Counted from the first letter of the stretch, positions 25,782 through 37,398 are shown. The stretch is 64,000 nucleotides of DNA from Ascoidea asiatica JCM 7603 (GCA_001600695.1 BCKQ01000004.1:845931-909930); one strand, 5' to 3'. A program made the numbers and translations. The notes: generated by a model from the sequence alone, not told the origin.

Positions 25782-26594
25782 ATGTCAGTTTCTGAAGAAT
25801 CAAATCAACTTAATTCTATTGTTTCTATCGCTGATGTTGGACATTTAACTTCAACTTCAATCAATACAGTTGTTCAACCAGTTCCTATTGTTTCTACCGC
25901 TGATATTGAAAATTCAACTTCAAATTCAATCAACACAGTTATTCAACCTGAAATTATTATTTCTATGGCTGATACAGAAAATTCAACTTCAAATTCTATC
26001 AACACAGTTATCCAACCTGAAATTATTCTTCCTTGTGATATAAAAAAACAAATGAATCTATCAAGTATCATTAATGAACAAGATAGAAATATTGGATATA
26101 TAGATGATTATAATTTATATACCCTGCAAGAAGTAAAAGAAGAAGACTCAAAAGAAGAATCAAAAGAAGAATCAAAAGAAGAATCAAAAGAAGAATCAAA
26201 AGAAGGAGTAGAAGCAGTGGAAAAATTAAAAGAAAAGGAAATCAAAATTGTAAAAGCAAACTGCTTTCTTTGTGGAACAAACCTATCACCTCAACTTAGA
26301 AGTGGTCCAAAGGGAATAATTGAAACCCCTTTATGCAATGCTTGTGGGTTATTCTACAATAAGCTGGTAAAGAACTATGATAAGCAAAGAGCTTCTATAG
26401 TAGTTTTTATTCTAAAAGAACAAAAAAAAATTTCAGAATCAAAGCATGAAGAGTATAAACTTGTAAGAAAATTATATTCTAAAGAAGAGCTTAATTTTTT
26501 TTTTAGTGAATTGGTCAATGATTTTCCAAAATCTTCCAAAGAAGTTCTGGTTTCTGAATTACGCCAAATAATGAAATCTTTAGATTCAAATTGA
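25782..26594 (+). CDS. GATA-type zinc-finger protein
   Basis: CFLC-x20-CNACGLFY with SPQLRSGPKG. Confidence 0.88.
   Translation: MSVSEESNQLNSIVSIADVGHLTSTSINTVVQPVPIVSTADIENSTSNSINTVIQPEIIISMADTENSTSNSINTVIQPEIILPCDIKKQMNLSSIINEQDRNIGYIDDYNLYTLQEVKEEDSKEESKEESKEESKEESKEGVEAVEKLKEKEIKIVKANCFLCGTNLSPQLRSGPKGIIETPLCNACGLFYNKLVKNYDKQRASIVVFILKEQKKISESKHEEYKLVRKLYSKEELNFFFSELVNDFPKSSKEVLVSELRQIMKSLDSN
25818..26024 (+). repeat. Three in-frame 69-bp (23-aa) repeats in the GATA gene
   Basis: Units start at 25818, 25887 and 25956 (IVS.AD...STS.SINTV.QP). Confidence 0.88.
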
Positions 26595-27222
26595 TATTTT
26601 AATTTCAAAAATTAACAAACAATTTATTGAAAGTATTTTCTTTAAGATATTATAAATTTTTTTTTATTTTTTTATTTGTCTTTTTCTATTTCTGTTTTCC
26701 TTTTAATATTTTTCATTGTATACCAGTGTAATTTTCAATAAACGCCATTAATCTTAATTGCAAAACCTAATTGTAGCAGCCATAGAGACCACAAGAATAG
26801 CCCACTTTACATTTGAAATGCTTTGACAGTGCAATATTATACAACATTGGAAGAATGAAATAGAAACAATGAGTATTTTGAATTTGACGACAAATTGTCA
26901 AAGAAATCGAAGAAATTCAAAAGGTCAAAGATGTAAATTCAAAAGGAATATAAGTAAACCACGTGTTTTGTTTAATCCGACTATACTTGATCTAATATAT
27001 TACCTTTTTTGGTCATTTTGATTCTTTGGTAAGCATATAGTAAAATAAATACTAAATAATCAAAATTTTACTAAATGCCATTTCTTATTTGTTTTTAAAG
27101 ATAAAAATTTAATAAATTTTGTAATTTTTAAAGCTGTGAAATAATTGAATTTGAAATAATCAAAAGGAATTATCTATAATCATTTGATTTCTTTATTACA
27201 ATCCTTATAAATAATAATAGAA

Positions 27223-27447
27223 ATGAGTAATAGAGAAGGATTTATTCCAGATAAAGAAGGGGATCATCTTGCAGATGCAGCAGCTGGTTTATCAAGTGGT
27301 AAAACTTTTGGTATAAAATATGTTTGTGCAGCATGTTCAACATCTTTTACTTTAGGTAAAGGTGCAACAGTTATTTGTAAAAGTTGTGGTCATAGAATTT
27401 TATATAAAGCAAGAACAAGAAGAATGGTTCAATTTGAAGCACGTTAA
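27223..27447 (+). CDS. RPC10: RNA polymerase I/II/III shared subunit ABC10-alpha (Rpb12)
   Basis: KYVCAAC...VICKSCGHRILYKARTRRMVQFEAR. Confidence 0.97.
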   Translation: MSNREGFIPDKEGDHLADAAAGLSSGKTFGIKYVCAACSTSFTLGKGATVICKSCGHRILYKARTRRMVQFEAR

Positions 27448-28126
27448 GAAGTTATTCAAGTTAAATCTAAACAAAAGTGTTGAGAATTTTTTAATGGATT
27501 AAAAATAAGTTTTGAGAAATATATTAATTAGTTTTAAAATATGTTATTTTTTTTTTTAAAAAAAAGTTTTTTTGTATAATAAATAATTGTAATGAAAATA
27601 TAAATGAAATTAGAAACAAGAAGATAAGTTGTAGAAGTAAAATATTAGGATTTACTTATTCATATTTAACTATTAATTTTTAATTCAAAATCATATAAAT
27701 ATTTATATATTTATAATTATATACATAATATTATATATTTATATATTTATATATTTATATATATATAATTTTTTTTTCTTTTAAAAGTGAAAAGATAGAA
27801 ATTTAAATAAGATAAAATAAAATAGAGAGTAAACTAAGATAAAGATAGAGGTAGATTAGAGTATAATTAAATAAGATTAAATAAATTAAAATAATATAAT
27901 ATATTGCAATATATATAATATTAAATTATATTGCACTATTTAATATTACTATTTAATATTATTAACTGCAAAAAAAAGGTAAAATTTTTAAAAAAAAATA
28001 AAATAATTATAATTAATTATTTAATTAAATAAATAGGTAAATAAATAAATAAATAAGTAAGTAAGTAAATAGATAGATAAATAAATAGTTAAGTAATTAA
28101 AATAATTAAATAATTGATTAATTAAA

Positions 28127-28930
28127 TTATTCATTTTCAGGAGCAGGTTGTTTTTCATCAGATACAACTGGAGCAGGAGCAGGAGCAGCAGGAGCTGGAG
28201 CTTCATCTTGACCAGTTTCAGACATATCAGAAGTCCATAAAGTTAAATTATCACGTAATAATTGCATAATAAGAGTTGAATCTTTATAAGATTCTTCAGA
28301 TAAAGTATCAAGTTCAGCAATTGCATCATCAAAAGCTTGTTTTGCTAAATGACAAGCACGATCAGGAGCATTTAAAATTTCATAATAAAATACAGAAAAA
28401 TTTAAAGCTAAACCTAAACGAATTGGATGAGTTGGAGGTAATTCAGTTACAGCAACATCAGAAGCAGATTTATAAGCATCTAAAGATAAATCAGCAGCTT
28501 CTTTACGTTTTTCAGAAATTGCAAATTCAGCTAAATAACGATGATAATCACCTTTCATTTTATAATAAAAAACTTTTGATTCACCAGTTTGAGCAGAAGG
28601 AATTAAATGTTTTGTTAAAACAGATAAAATATCATCACAAATTTTAGCTAATTCAGTTTCAATTTTTGAACGATAATCTCTAATTAAATAAACTTGAGCA
28701 TCATTACCTTTTGATTCTTCTTTCTGTTCAATTGAAGAAACAATTCTCCAAGAAGCACGACGAGCACCAATAACATTTTTATAAGCAACAGATAATAAAT
28801 TACGTTCTTCAACAGATAATTCTTGACCAGAAGATGCAACAGTTTTCATATTTTCAACCATTTCTTCATAACGTTCAGCTTGTTCAGCTAATTTTGCAAG
28901 ATAGACTGAATCTTCACGAGAGAGAGGCAT
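28127..28930 (-). CDS. BMH1: 14-3-3 protein (Bmh1/Bmh2 co-ortholog)
   Basis: [57 protein letters not shown]. Confidence 0.98.
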   Translation of the reverse strand: MPLSREDSVYLAKLAEQAERYEEMVENMKTVASSGQELSVEERNLLSVAYKNVIGARRASWRIVSSIEQKEESKGNDAQVYLIRDYRSKIETELAKICDDILSVLTKHLIPSAQTGESKVFYYKMKGDYHRYLAEFAISEKRKEAADLSLDAYKSASDVAVTELPPTHPIRLGLALNFSVFYYEILNAPDRACHLAKQAFDDAIAELDTLSEESYKDSTLIMQLLRDNLTLWTSDMSETGQDEAPAPAAPAPAPVVSDEKQPAPENE

Positions 28931-28941
28931 TTTGATATTTT

Positions 28942-29020
28942 CTATAAAAAAAAATTATGTTAGTATTTGTATAATCCAATATATAGTGCGATTGTTATTT
29001 GATTTAATCTTCAGTTACAT

Positions 29021-29066
<46 letters not shown>

Positions 29067-29316
29067 TGTATCAATATGATATATATACGTATATAGATAG
29101 ATAGATAGAGATATATGTCATAGAATAAGTAGATGAAAATAAATCAATTGAATAATATAGCAACCATTTAGAACTAATTAAACGCTGAATTATTTATCAA
29201 TCAATTGAATCATTAAAGAAATATGAAATGATTAATTTTAAATTGAATATGAAATGGTACATATAAAATGTAATGGATATAAGATATAATAAAAAGATAA
29301 AAAAATTTTTACTTAC
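28942..29316 (-). other. 5' UTR spliceosomal intron of the 14-3-3 gene (375 nt)
   Basis: Minus-strand GTAAGT at 29316, TACTAAC at 28965-28959, poly-T, and TAG ending 11 nt before the ATG. Confidence 0.82.
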
Positions 29317-30586
29317 ATTATGATATAATATATTATATAATATTATTTGAAAATATTTTTAAAAATTAAAGATAATTAATCTATTAATTGAATTGAATAT
29401 AATATTTGAATATATTTGAATATATTTGAATATATAATTTAATATGATTTAAATATATTATTTATTTTATTATAGGGATATTGAAGATAATGGATATTAA
29501 TATTATTATAATATATTAAATTTTATTATATTGATATATTGAATTGATATATTGATATAATGAAATATAGAAATAAAATATAATTGAAATAAAATATAAT
29601 TTAAATTGAAATTAAAATTGAAATTGAAATTAAAATTGATATAATAGATATAATAGATATAAATATAATAGAAATAGATATATAGAAATATTAAATATAT
29701 TAATATATTAAAATAAATAAATAATGAAGATTGATTCAAAGAAATAGTTTTTAAAGTGCAGTGTTGAATTGAACAACAAACAAAACAAATGGTGAAAAAA
29801 AAGGTCAGAGAAATGTGAGAGGAAAAGAAGTGGCAGAAAAAGCAGTGGAAATGAAAGTGAAAGTGGAAAGTGAAAGTGAGCGAGGGAGAGAGAGTGTGGG
29901 AGAGGGAGTGAGAGAGTGGGAGTGGCACTGGCACTGGAGCCAGAACTGGTTACTGGGAATGGTGCTCCAGAGCAAGCGGAGCACTCTTGCAGGGAATGGC
30001 AACCCCAGCTCTGGGGAATGGCCAGTGCTACGCGGTGCGGTGTCCACTTGGTGTGAGCTGTGATACTAGCAGCCGGTGCGCGGATGTTTTGTGGCTAGCT
30101 GGGAGCGGATATATTGAGTGTGTTATTTGAATGTTATGTTAACTACGGATGAAAATATGGTATGGAATTTGGCACCATGGATTGAAGATTGAAGATTGCT
30201 GAAGTGAGACAGAAAAGGGCTAAGGTGGATGAGATCATCATGTGCAGCGCGGTCAGGTGCACCGGGCAGTGGCGAGTACTGCTGGCAGTACCCGCGCTGT
30301 GAATGTTAACATCTGAAGATACATTTTAAAGTACTGTCCATTTCAAAATACATTTTTAGATGATTACTGTAAGGCTTTTGCCTTAGCTTGAATAGTTCAT
30401 GGAACATTCTGGCACTTCAGTGGTAAGTGTGTTAAATTTTGATAAAATTTGTTAAAAATATCACATTTCTACACTTGAACTTGAGAATGAGGCAAGTACG
30501 CTCTATTTACGGAATGTGTATGGCTAGTGAGTAAGCTTTAAGTTGCCACGTATTACTATATATAGGAACTTTACTTGTTTATCTTT

Positions 30587-30994
30587 CAGGAGTGTGGAAA
30601 GTGCGTATCGTGACGCACGCAGAGACTCCTTGCGTCTGCACAAATATTTGCCACCCGTTTTGAACAAGGATAGTGTGCCCTGTTCAACTGCAATTTAATC
30701 CTATGACTTGAACATCGGATTGGTGCAATCTCAGTTTTTACTCGCACGACTTCAGAGAAACAGATTGGTGTGTTTAGTGTAAGCTGTAACTGTAGCTGTT
30801 TACTCAAAGTTAAAATCACTTCTCTGGCAATTATGAGACTGCCCTGAATCAGTTCCCTGTCAGTCCTAAATTAGATAGGGAAACGTCCTGTTTTTGGTCT
30901 TAAATTCTCAAAATATAAAACAAAGCTATTATTATGAGTAAGATTATCAGTTATTAATGTTATGTAAAAATTGATAAGTTCTGATCTTTAAGAC
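30587..30994 (+). ncRNA. Candidate structured non-coding RNA, family unassigned
   Basis: TATATATA at 30557-30564; at least eight nested or serial helices, some needing G-U pairs on the + strand; closing CAGGA/TCCTG stem, then TTTTTG and a further stem. Confidence 0.5.
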
Positions 30995-31757
30995 ATTCAG
31001 TTTCTTTCAAGGAATAGATTTTCAATAATTTTTTTTTTGATCAGACGACTTTTTTCACATAATTGTATTTATTCTTCAATACTTTTTTTACTATTTTTGT
31101 AGAAATTGACTTCATTTCTTTGTCAAAAAAAAAATCAAAACAATCAAAAGAAATTAAGAGAAAACAAAAAAAATTTAGTCCGGGGCTTTGCTTAGTAACA
31201 TTCATTATCCGTCCTTTTTCACCGTACTCGAGTAAAATAAATAAATGAATAAATAAAAAAGTAAATAAGTAAATAATATCTCACACCAACAACTCCAGTT
31301 TTACAGCGCTATCACTGAAATAACCAATTTACTAAGAAGTTAATAATAAATTCACAATTTACCAATAATCACAACTTTCCTTTTCCCCTTGAATTTATCT
31401 TTTTCCCAGACTAGCCGAGTCACATGCTTATGACCAATCACCTGATCTCTTTGTTGTATATCACGTGTTTTGAATTTACACTTTTCTTAGTTCTGGTTCT
31501 CTGTTCGAATCTCACTTCTTTTACTTTTTATAACTTATTTTATTTCTTTAATTTTAATTCGCCATTACATCCACTGTTCTGGTTTCCATTGTTTTAATTA
31601 CCGGTTTTTGCTTTAATTATTAAATATATCAAATATATTGAATATTAAACAATTGATTATCAAATAAATATAAATCGAATATTACTCAATATCCAATAAC
31701 AACTTATCTCTTTACAAATATTGAAAAATTATCACTTTTATATACTGATAAACAATA

Positions 31758-32301
31758 ATGGTATGTATATATTCATCTTATTCCAGTTCTCGAATTCCAA
31801 TTTACAAACTTAAATAATAAAAATTTCTAACAATATTTTTTCTTTTTAAAATAATTAAAATAGTTACCATTATATTTATTAACATCTGCAAAATCTCAAC
31901 CAATGTCAGTTGAATTAAAAACTGGTGAAACTTTAAATGGTTATTTAATAAATTGTGATTCATGGATGAATTTAACATTAAAAGATGCAATTCAAACTTC
32001 AAATGATGGTAATTCATTCTTAAAATTATCTCAAGTTTATATTAGAGGTAATCATATAAAATTTTTAAGATTACCTGAAGAAATTATTGATCAAGTTAAA
32101 GATCAACAAAATTCAAATATTGATAATAATAATAATAACAACAATAATAATAATATTCAAAATAATAATTATAATAATAGAAATAATAAAAGTTTTAGAG
32201 GTGGTTATAAAAGAAATAATTATAGACAAAGAGGTAATTCAAATAACAATAGTAATAATAACAATAATAATAGATCTCATAAATATATACCTCAGCAATA
32301 A
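31758..32301 (+). CDS. LSM4: Sm-like protein Lsm4; exons 31758-31760 and 31864-32301
   Basis: ATG|GTATGT at 31761, TTCTAAC at about 31824-31830, TAG at 31861-31863; splicing gives MLPLYLLTSAKSQPMSVELKTGE...CDSWMNLTL...YIRGNHIKF. Confidence 0.95.
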
Positions 32302-32446
32302 TTACAATAATATCTATATTGATTTATTGATTTATTGATTTATTTATTTATTTATTTATGTATTTATTAATGAAATTCTATATATTATATCATATTCAAA
32401 TTTCTTTTTTTACTTGTTTTTCTTTTTTTTTTTTTTTTTTTTTGAC

Positions 32447-33721
32447 TTACTCTTTAATTTCAACTTTTTTCATTGATTCTTCAACTTCATTTGTAGAATT
32501 CTTAGCTTCAATTTTTGATTCTGATACTGCACCTTGAGTTGAACCTGGATAACGTGTACCTTTATTCTTATTTTTTTTATTTTTTTTAACTTTATTTACA
32601 GGTTTTGCAACTGGATATCCTTTTTCTTGAGCTTCTTGAAATTCTTTATTTTCTAAAAATTCTTTTCTTATAGGTTCTAATAATTCATTAATTGCATCTG
32701 AAACTCCATTTTTTAAATCTGGTGGTGAAAGTTTTTCATTTTTAAAATCTTCTTCAATATCTTTAAAATTTTTATAATTTATTGATCCACCATATTTTTC
32801 AGGTCTATTAATAAAAAAATTAAAATTTTCTTCAACATTATCATCATTAATATCATTTTTTAATTGATAAATTGGTATTAAAACATATTTAATAAATGAT
32901 AATAAACCATTATTTTCAATTATACCAGGTGCACAAAATGCACTATTAATTTTTTTTTTAACTTGTTTTGAATTTTCTAAAATATCAATTTTACTATTTG
33001 GATCACTTGCAGACATTTTACCACCTTGTGTTAATCCTGGTACCATTGGATTCATTAAATGTCCACGTTTTTTATAACCAATATTTTCAATATTTTCTTC
33101 TGCTAAAACAAAAATTTTTCTTTGATCAATACCACCAAATTGAACATCACATTTTAAATATTCTTCATCTAAAACTTGCATTAATGGATAAATAAATCCA
33201 CTTAATAATGGATTTTCAATTTGTTTAACAACATCTGCACCTGCTCTTCTAGCTTGAGTAACATTAATAATATTACATAATTTAAATAAATCTAAAGTAT
33301 AATTTGAAGTTAATTGATATGAAGATCCAATAATAAATTTTAATTTTTCAATTGGTACATTAATTGATTTTAAAATCGATTTAATAATAAATTCATAATA
33401 TTTTGCTCTATATGATACAACTTCTAATGGTGCTTTCATATTATCTAAAAATGCATGTAAATCTGCTAATAATACTGTAACTTCACAACCTGCTTTTAAA
33501 AAATGTGCTAATTTTGTCATTGGTACAAAATATCCACAATGTGGTCTACCTGTTGGTGCTGTACCCCAATAAATTCTTAATGGTCTTTTTTCAACTTCTA
33601 AAATATTTTTAATAATCTGTGGATTTAAAACTTCTTGTAAATTTTTTGTAATTAAATTATATGATTCTTTTGGATCCATTTCTATATTACCATTACTATT
33701 ACTACTATTATCATCACTCAT
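32447..33721 (-). CDS. TYS1: Cytoplasmic tyrosyl-tRNA synthetase
   Basis: [42 protein letters not shown]. Confidence 0.98.
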   Translation of the reverse strand: MSDDNSSNSNGNIEMDPKESYNLITKNLQEVLNPQIIKNILEVEKRPLRIYWGTAPTGRPHCGYFVPMTKLAHFLKAGCEVTVLLADLHAFLDNMKAPLEVVSYRAKYYEFIIKSILKSINVPIEKLKFIIGSSYQLTSNYTLDLFKLCNIINVTQARRAGADVVKQIENPLLSGFIYPLMQVLDEEYLKCDVQFGGIDQRKIFVLAEENIENIGYKKRGHLMNPMVPGLTQGGKMSASDPNSKIDILENSKQVKKKINSAFCAPGIIENNGLLSFIKYVLIPIYQLKNDINDDNVEENFNFFINRPEKYGGSINYKNFKDIEEDFKNEKLSPPDLKNGVSDAINELLEPIRKEFLENKEFQEAQEKGYPVAKPVNKVKKNKKNKNKGTRYPGSTQGAVSESKIEAKNSTNEVEESMKKVEIKE

Positions 33722-34188
33722 TTTGAAAGAAAGTATTTCAGCTTAAATTTTAATCTTCAGATATTTTGATATTTTTTTGAATTTAATTAAGAAATATGTG
33801 TTGAATATTTCAATAAGAAATAAAGGTGTTTTCACTAAATTTATGTTATGCATCTCCATAAATAAGCAGGTAGAAACTGAAAGTATCAAAAAGATATGAG
33901 AATGATATGAAAAAATCAGTCATCGTAATAATTTAATCTGAAATATCACATGAGTTGTTAAATTTCGAGGGTATTTGCCATGTGATTGATAGCCGAAAGT
34001 GAAAGGTGTACTTTGACCTGCAGTTGCCTCTTTCGGACGAGGAAAATAATTTTAAATTTAAAATCAAGCAACTTTCAAGAAAAAAAGAAGTAGAAAAATA
34101 TAATAAATAATAAATAATAAAAAAATAGATCTTGGAAGAAGTAAATGTGAATAAATTGTATATAATTATAGATAAATCTTATACAATA

Positions 34189-34395
34189 ATGTCAGTGAAG
34201 CCTAATAGTTTATTAGCTTTAGCACCAGCTATTTATATAGTTACTGATTTCTTAGCTTCAAAGGGATATTCTGCTAAAAGTAATCAATTATCTTCAAATA
34301 TTGCAAGAAATTCATTAATAAAAAGGAAATCTAATTCCAATAATAATAATAATAATAAAAATAATAGAAATAGAAATATTAATGAAATTGATTAA
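34189..34395 (+). CDS. Putative 68-aa small protein
   Basis: ATG in ACAATAATG context, host-like codons, hydrophobic N-terminal stretch; divergent from TYS1. Confidence 0.45.
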   Translation: MSVKPNSLLALAPAIYIVTDFLASKGYSAKSNQLSSNIARNSLIKRKSNSNNNNNNKNNRNRNINEID

Positions 34396-34901
34396 GTTAT
34401 AGTTATTTTTCCATTAGATAATTTAATAAAAAAATATCATTTTATGTCATTCAATTCATTTAATTCATTAATTTTATATATATATATATTTTATATAGTT
34501 TTTTTTTTATATAGTTTTTTTTTTATATAGCTAGCTCTCTTTAACTCCTTTTCTACATTTTATGCTTATGGTTATGCTTATGGTTATACTTATACTTCTT
34601 TTATGCTCTTATATTTTCATATTTTCATACTTTCATACAATTATGCTTTCATATTTTCGAATTAGATACCTAAAATAAATTAAATTCTAAAAAGAATTGT
34701 AAATAGTCAATAAAAAAAATCAAATAGTGGATTGAATTCAATCAAAATTAAATCAATATTTACATTTTATATAGGATAATTAATAAATATTCATTGATTC
34801 TTTAAAAAAAAAAAAAGAAAGATTTAAAAAAAAAAAACACAGTATAGTATCTATTATGTATATACTGTATGTAAGTATATATATATAAAAAGTAAATTAG
34901 A

Positions 34902-35432
34902 TTATAATTTTTTAAAAACTAAAGTTCTTTCTCTTCTTGGATCAAGTTCATCAGGATTTAATAATAAACCAGGAACTTGAGATCTTTGACTACCTTTTAA
35001 AATTGCTGGATTTCTGATAATTTCATTAAAATCAGATTTAAATTCAATTGGATCAAATTTTAATAATTCTTTAAAATCTTTTTGAATATTAATTTCTTTA
35101 TGATAATCTAATTCTGATTTTTTAATATCATTATAATTATAATTATAATTAAATAAAAAAGTTAATATTGATTCACCATTATTTTTTTCCATATATGATT
35201 TATTATAATAATATGATAAAATTGAAATTCCAGATAAACCAAATATTGAAATAAGATATGGTTTATTTAAAGATTCAGCTTCACCTAATTCAGGACCATG
35301 ATGATGAGAATGTTCTTCATGTGTTGAAGATTTAATTAATGTTGAATTAAATGATCTTTTTGAATTTATTAAATTATTTTTAATTAAACGAGATGAATAT
35401 TTTGATACTATTAATTTATTATTTGAAAACAT
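34902..35432 (-). CDS. Single-pass mitochondrial protein, possibly a complex I accessory subunit (fungal 17.8 kDa-like)
   Basis: Basic presequence ending RSF, His-rich stretch, ES motif, one TM helix. The gene is convincing; the family call is tentative. Confidence 0.5.
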   Translation of the reverse strand: MFSNNKLIVSKYSSRLIKNNLINSKRSFNSTLIKSSTHEEHSHHHGPELGEAESLNKPYLISIFGLSGISILSYYYNKSYMEKNNGESILTFLFNYNYNYNDIKKSELDYHKEINIQKDFKELLKFDPIEFKSDFNEIIRNPAILKGSQRSQVPGLLLNPDELDPRRERTLVFKKL

Positions 35433-36147
35433 TTTTTGAATATACTGTATTAGTTTTTTTTTATTTATCTTGTTTTATTATTGTGAATATCAATTTCTTG
35501 AAATCCAATTTCTTTAATATCTATCAATTAGAACTAATTCTTCTGCTCGATAATTGACTTTTGTTTTCCAGTCTGATTACTTCCTTGAGCTGGATGGATA
35601 TAATTCAATATACTTCAATAATTCAATATAATTCAATAGCTTTTAATTTGATTATGTGATTATTGATTAAATCCTGAAAAAGCTTATCCAAAGAACTTTC
35701 ATTGGGCCAATAATCAGACAGTTAAAAGTAAAGCTGACAAGAGAATAAAGGAGAATTATGTAATCACGTGTGACAATGGATTGGTTTAATTATTCCGTAC
35801 AGATCCATGCTCGGGAAAATAAATAATACCTAAGTTAATTATCCTGTGCATGGTTGTATATTCCTTAACGGACGTGTCTACTTCCGCCTTGCAAGTTCAT
35901 TTTTGGAGGCAAGAAACTGAGCAGAATCAGAAAAGCGAAGAGACGAAGAAGAGACGAAGAAGAGAAGAAGATGAAGAAGAAGAGAAGATGAAGAAGCAGA
36001 AGAATCACAATTATAATCAGAAGAAGATCAAGTTCAAGATTGGGCACTGGAAGAATAAGAGAGTGAAGACTAATATAGAGACGATTGTATATTAAGGATA
36101 ACATACATTACTACAAGATTATAATACTATAATATAATATAAGAAAA

Positions 36148-37398
36148 ATGGAAGAACTAGGAATTTCTGTTGCCACTTCAGTGGTGAGTCCAATAGTAAA
36201 TCTGTTACCAACATCTTCTGGATCTAATTATCATCAATTAGATTCTGATGTTTATTTAACACTTAAAAAATTACAGAAACAATTAGAATTAATATCATTA
36301 CAAGAAGATTATATTAAAGATGAATCAAGATTTCTTAAAAGAGAATTAATTAGAGCTCAAGAAGAAGTTAAAAGAATTCAATCTGTACCTTTAGTAATTG
36401 GTCAATTTTTAGAACCAATTGATACAAAAACTGGTATAGTTCAATCAACAACTGGTTCAAATTATGTTGTAAAAATATTATCAACTTTAAATAGAGAATT
36501 ATTAAAACCTTCTTCAACTGTTGCTTTACATCGTCATTCAAATGCTTTAGTTGATATTTTACCTCCAGAAGCTGATTCTTCAATTGCTTTACTTGGTAAA
36601 GATGAAAAACCTGATGTAACTTATAATGATATTGGTGGTTTAGATATGCAAAAACAAGAAATTAGAGAAGCTGTAGAATTACCTTTAACTCAAGCTGATT
36701 TATATAAACAAATTGGTATTGATCCTCCAAGAGGTGTTTTATTATATGGTCCTCCAGGTACTGGAAAAACAATGCTTGTTAAAGCTGTTGCAAATTCTTC
36801 AACTGCTTCTTTTATTAGAGTTGTTGGTTCTGAATTTGTACAAAAATATCTTGGTGAAGGTCCAAGAATGGTAAGAGATGTATTTAGATTAGCTCGTGAA
36901 AATGCTCCTTCAATTATATTTATTGATGAAATAGATGCTATTGCAACTAAACGTTTTGATGCTCAAACTGGTGCTGATAGAGAAGTTCAAAGAATTTTAT
37001 TAGAATTATTAAATCAAATGGATGGTTTTGATCAATCAACTAATGTTAAAGTTATAATGGCAACAAATAGAGCTGATACTCTTGATCCTGCTTTATTAAG
37101 ACCTGGTAGATTAGATAGAAAAATTGAATTTCCAAGTTTAAAAGATAGAAGAGAAAGAAGATTAATATTTCAAACTATTGCTTCAAAAATGAGTCTTTCT
37201 CCAGAATGTGATTTAGATAGTTTAATTGTAAGAAATGATCCTTTAAGTGGTGCTATAATTGCTGCTATCATGCAAGAAGCTGGTTTAAGAGCTGTAAGAA
37301 AAAATAGATATGTTATTTTACAGAATGATTTAGAAGAAGCTTATACAAGTCAAGTAAGAACTTCAAGTGATGTTGATAAATTCGAATTTTATAAATAG
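36148..37398 (+). CDS. RPT3: 26S proteasome AAA ATPase subunit 6B
   Basis: [40 protein letters not shown]-terminal FEFYK. Confidence 0.98.
   Translation: MEELGISVATSVVSPIVNLLPTSSGSNYHQLDSDVYLTLKKLQKQLELISLQEDYIKDESRFLKRELIRAQEEVKRIQSVPLVIGQFLEPIDTKTGIVQSTTGSNYVVKILSTLNRELLKPSSTVALHRHSNALVDILPPEADSSIALLGKDEKPDVTYNDIGGLDMQKQEIREAVELPLTQADLYKQIGIDPPRGVLLYGPPGTGKTMLVKAVANSSTASFIRVVGSEFVQKYLGEGPRMVRDVFRLARENAPSIIFIDEIDAIATKRFDAQTGADREVQRILLELLNQMDGFDQSTNVKVIMATNRADTLDPALLRPGRLDRKIEFPSLKDRRERRLIFQTIASKMSLSPECDLDSLIVRNDPLSGAIIAAIMQEAGLRAVRKNRYVILQNDLEEAYTSQVRTSSDVDKFEFYK

Noticed and set aside
29506-30063. ORFs in the GA-rich region upstream of the 14-3-3 gene
   Set aside because: Low-complexity purine/pyrimidine tract, atypical codons; best read as promoter DNA.
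30647-30655. Perfect Rpn4 PACE element (TTTGCCACC)
   Set aside because: More than 1 kb from either flanking start codon and part of a predicted RNA helix; function not supportable.
35905-35914. GGAGGCAAGA upstream of RPT3 as an Rpn4 site
   Set aside because: Only a partial match to known Rpn4 motifs.
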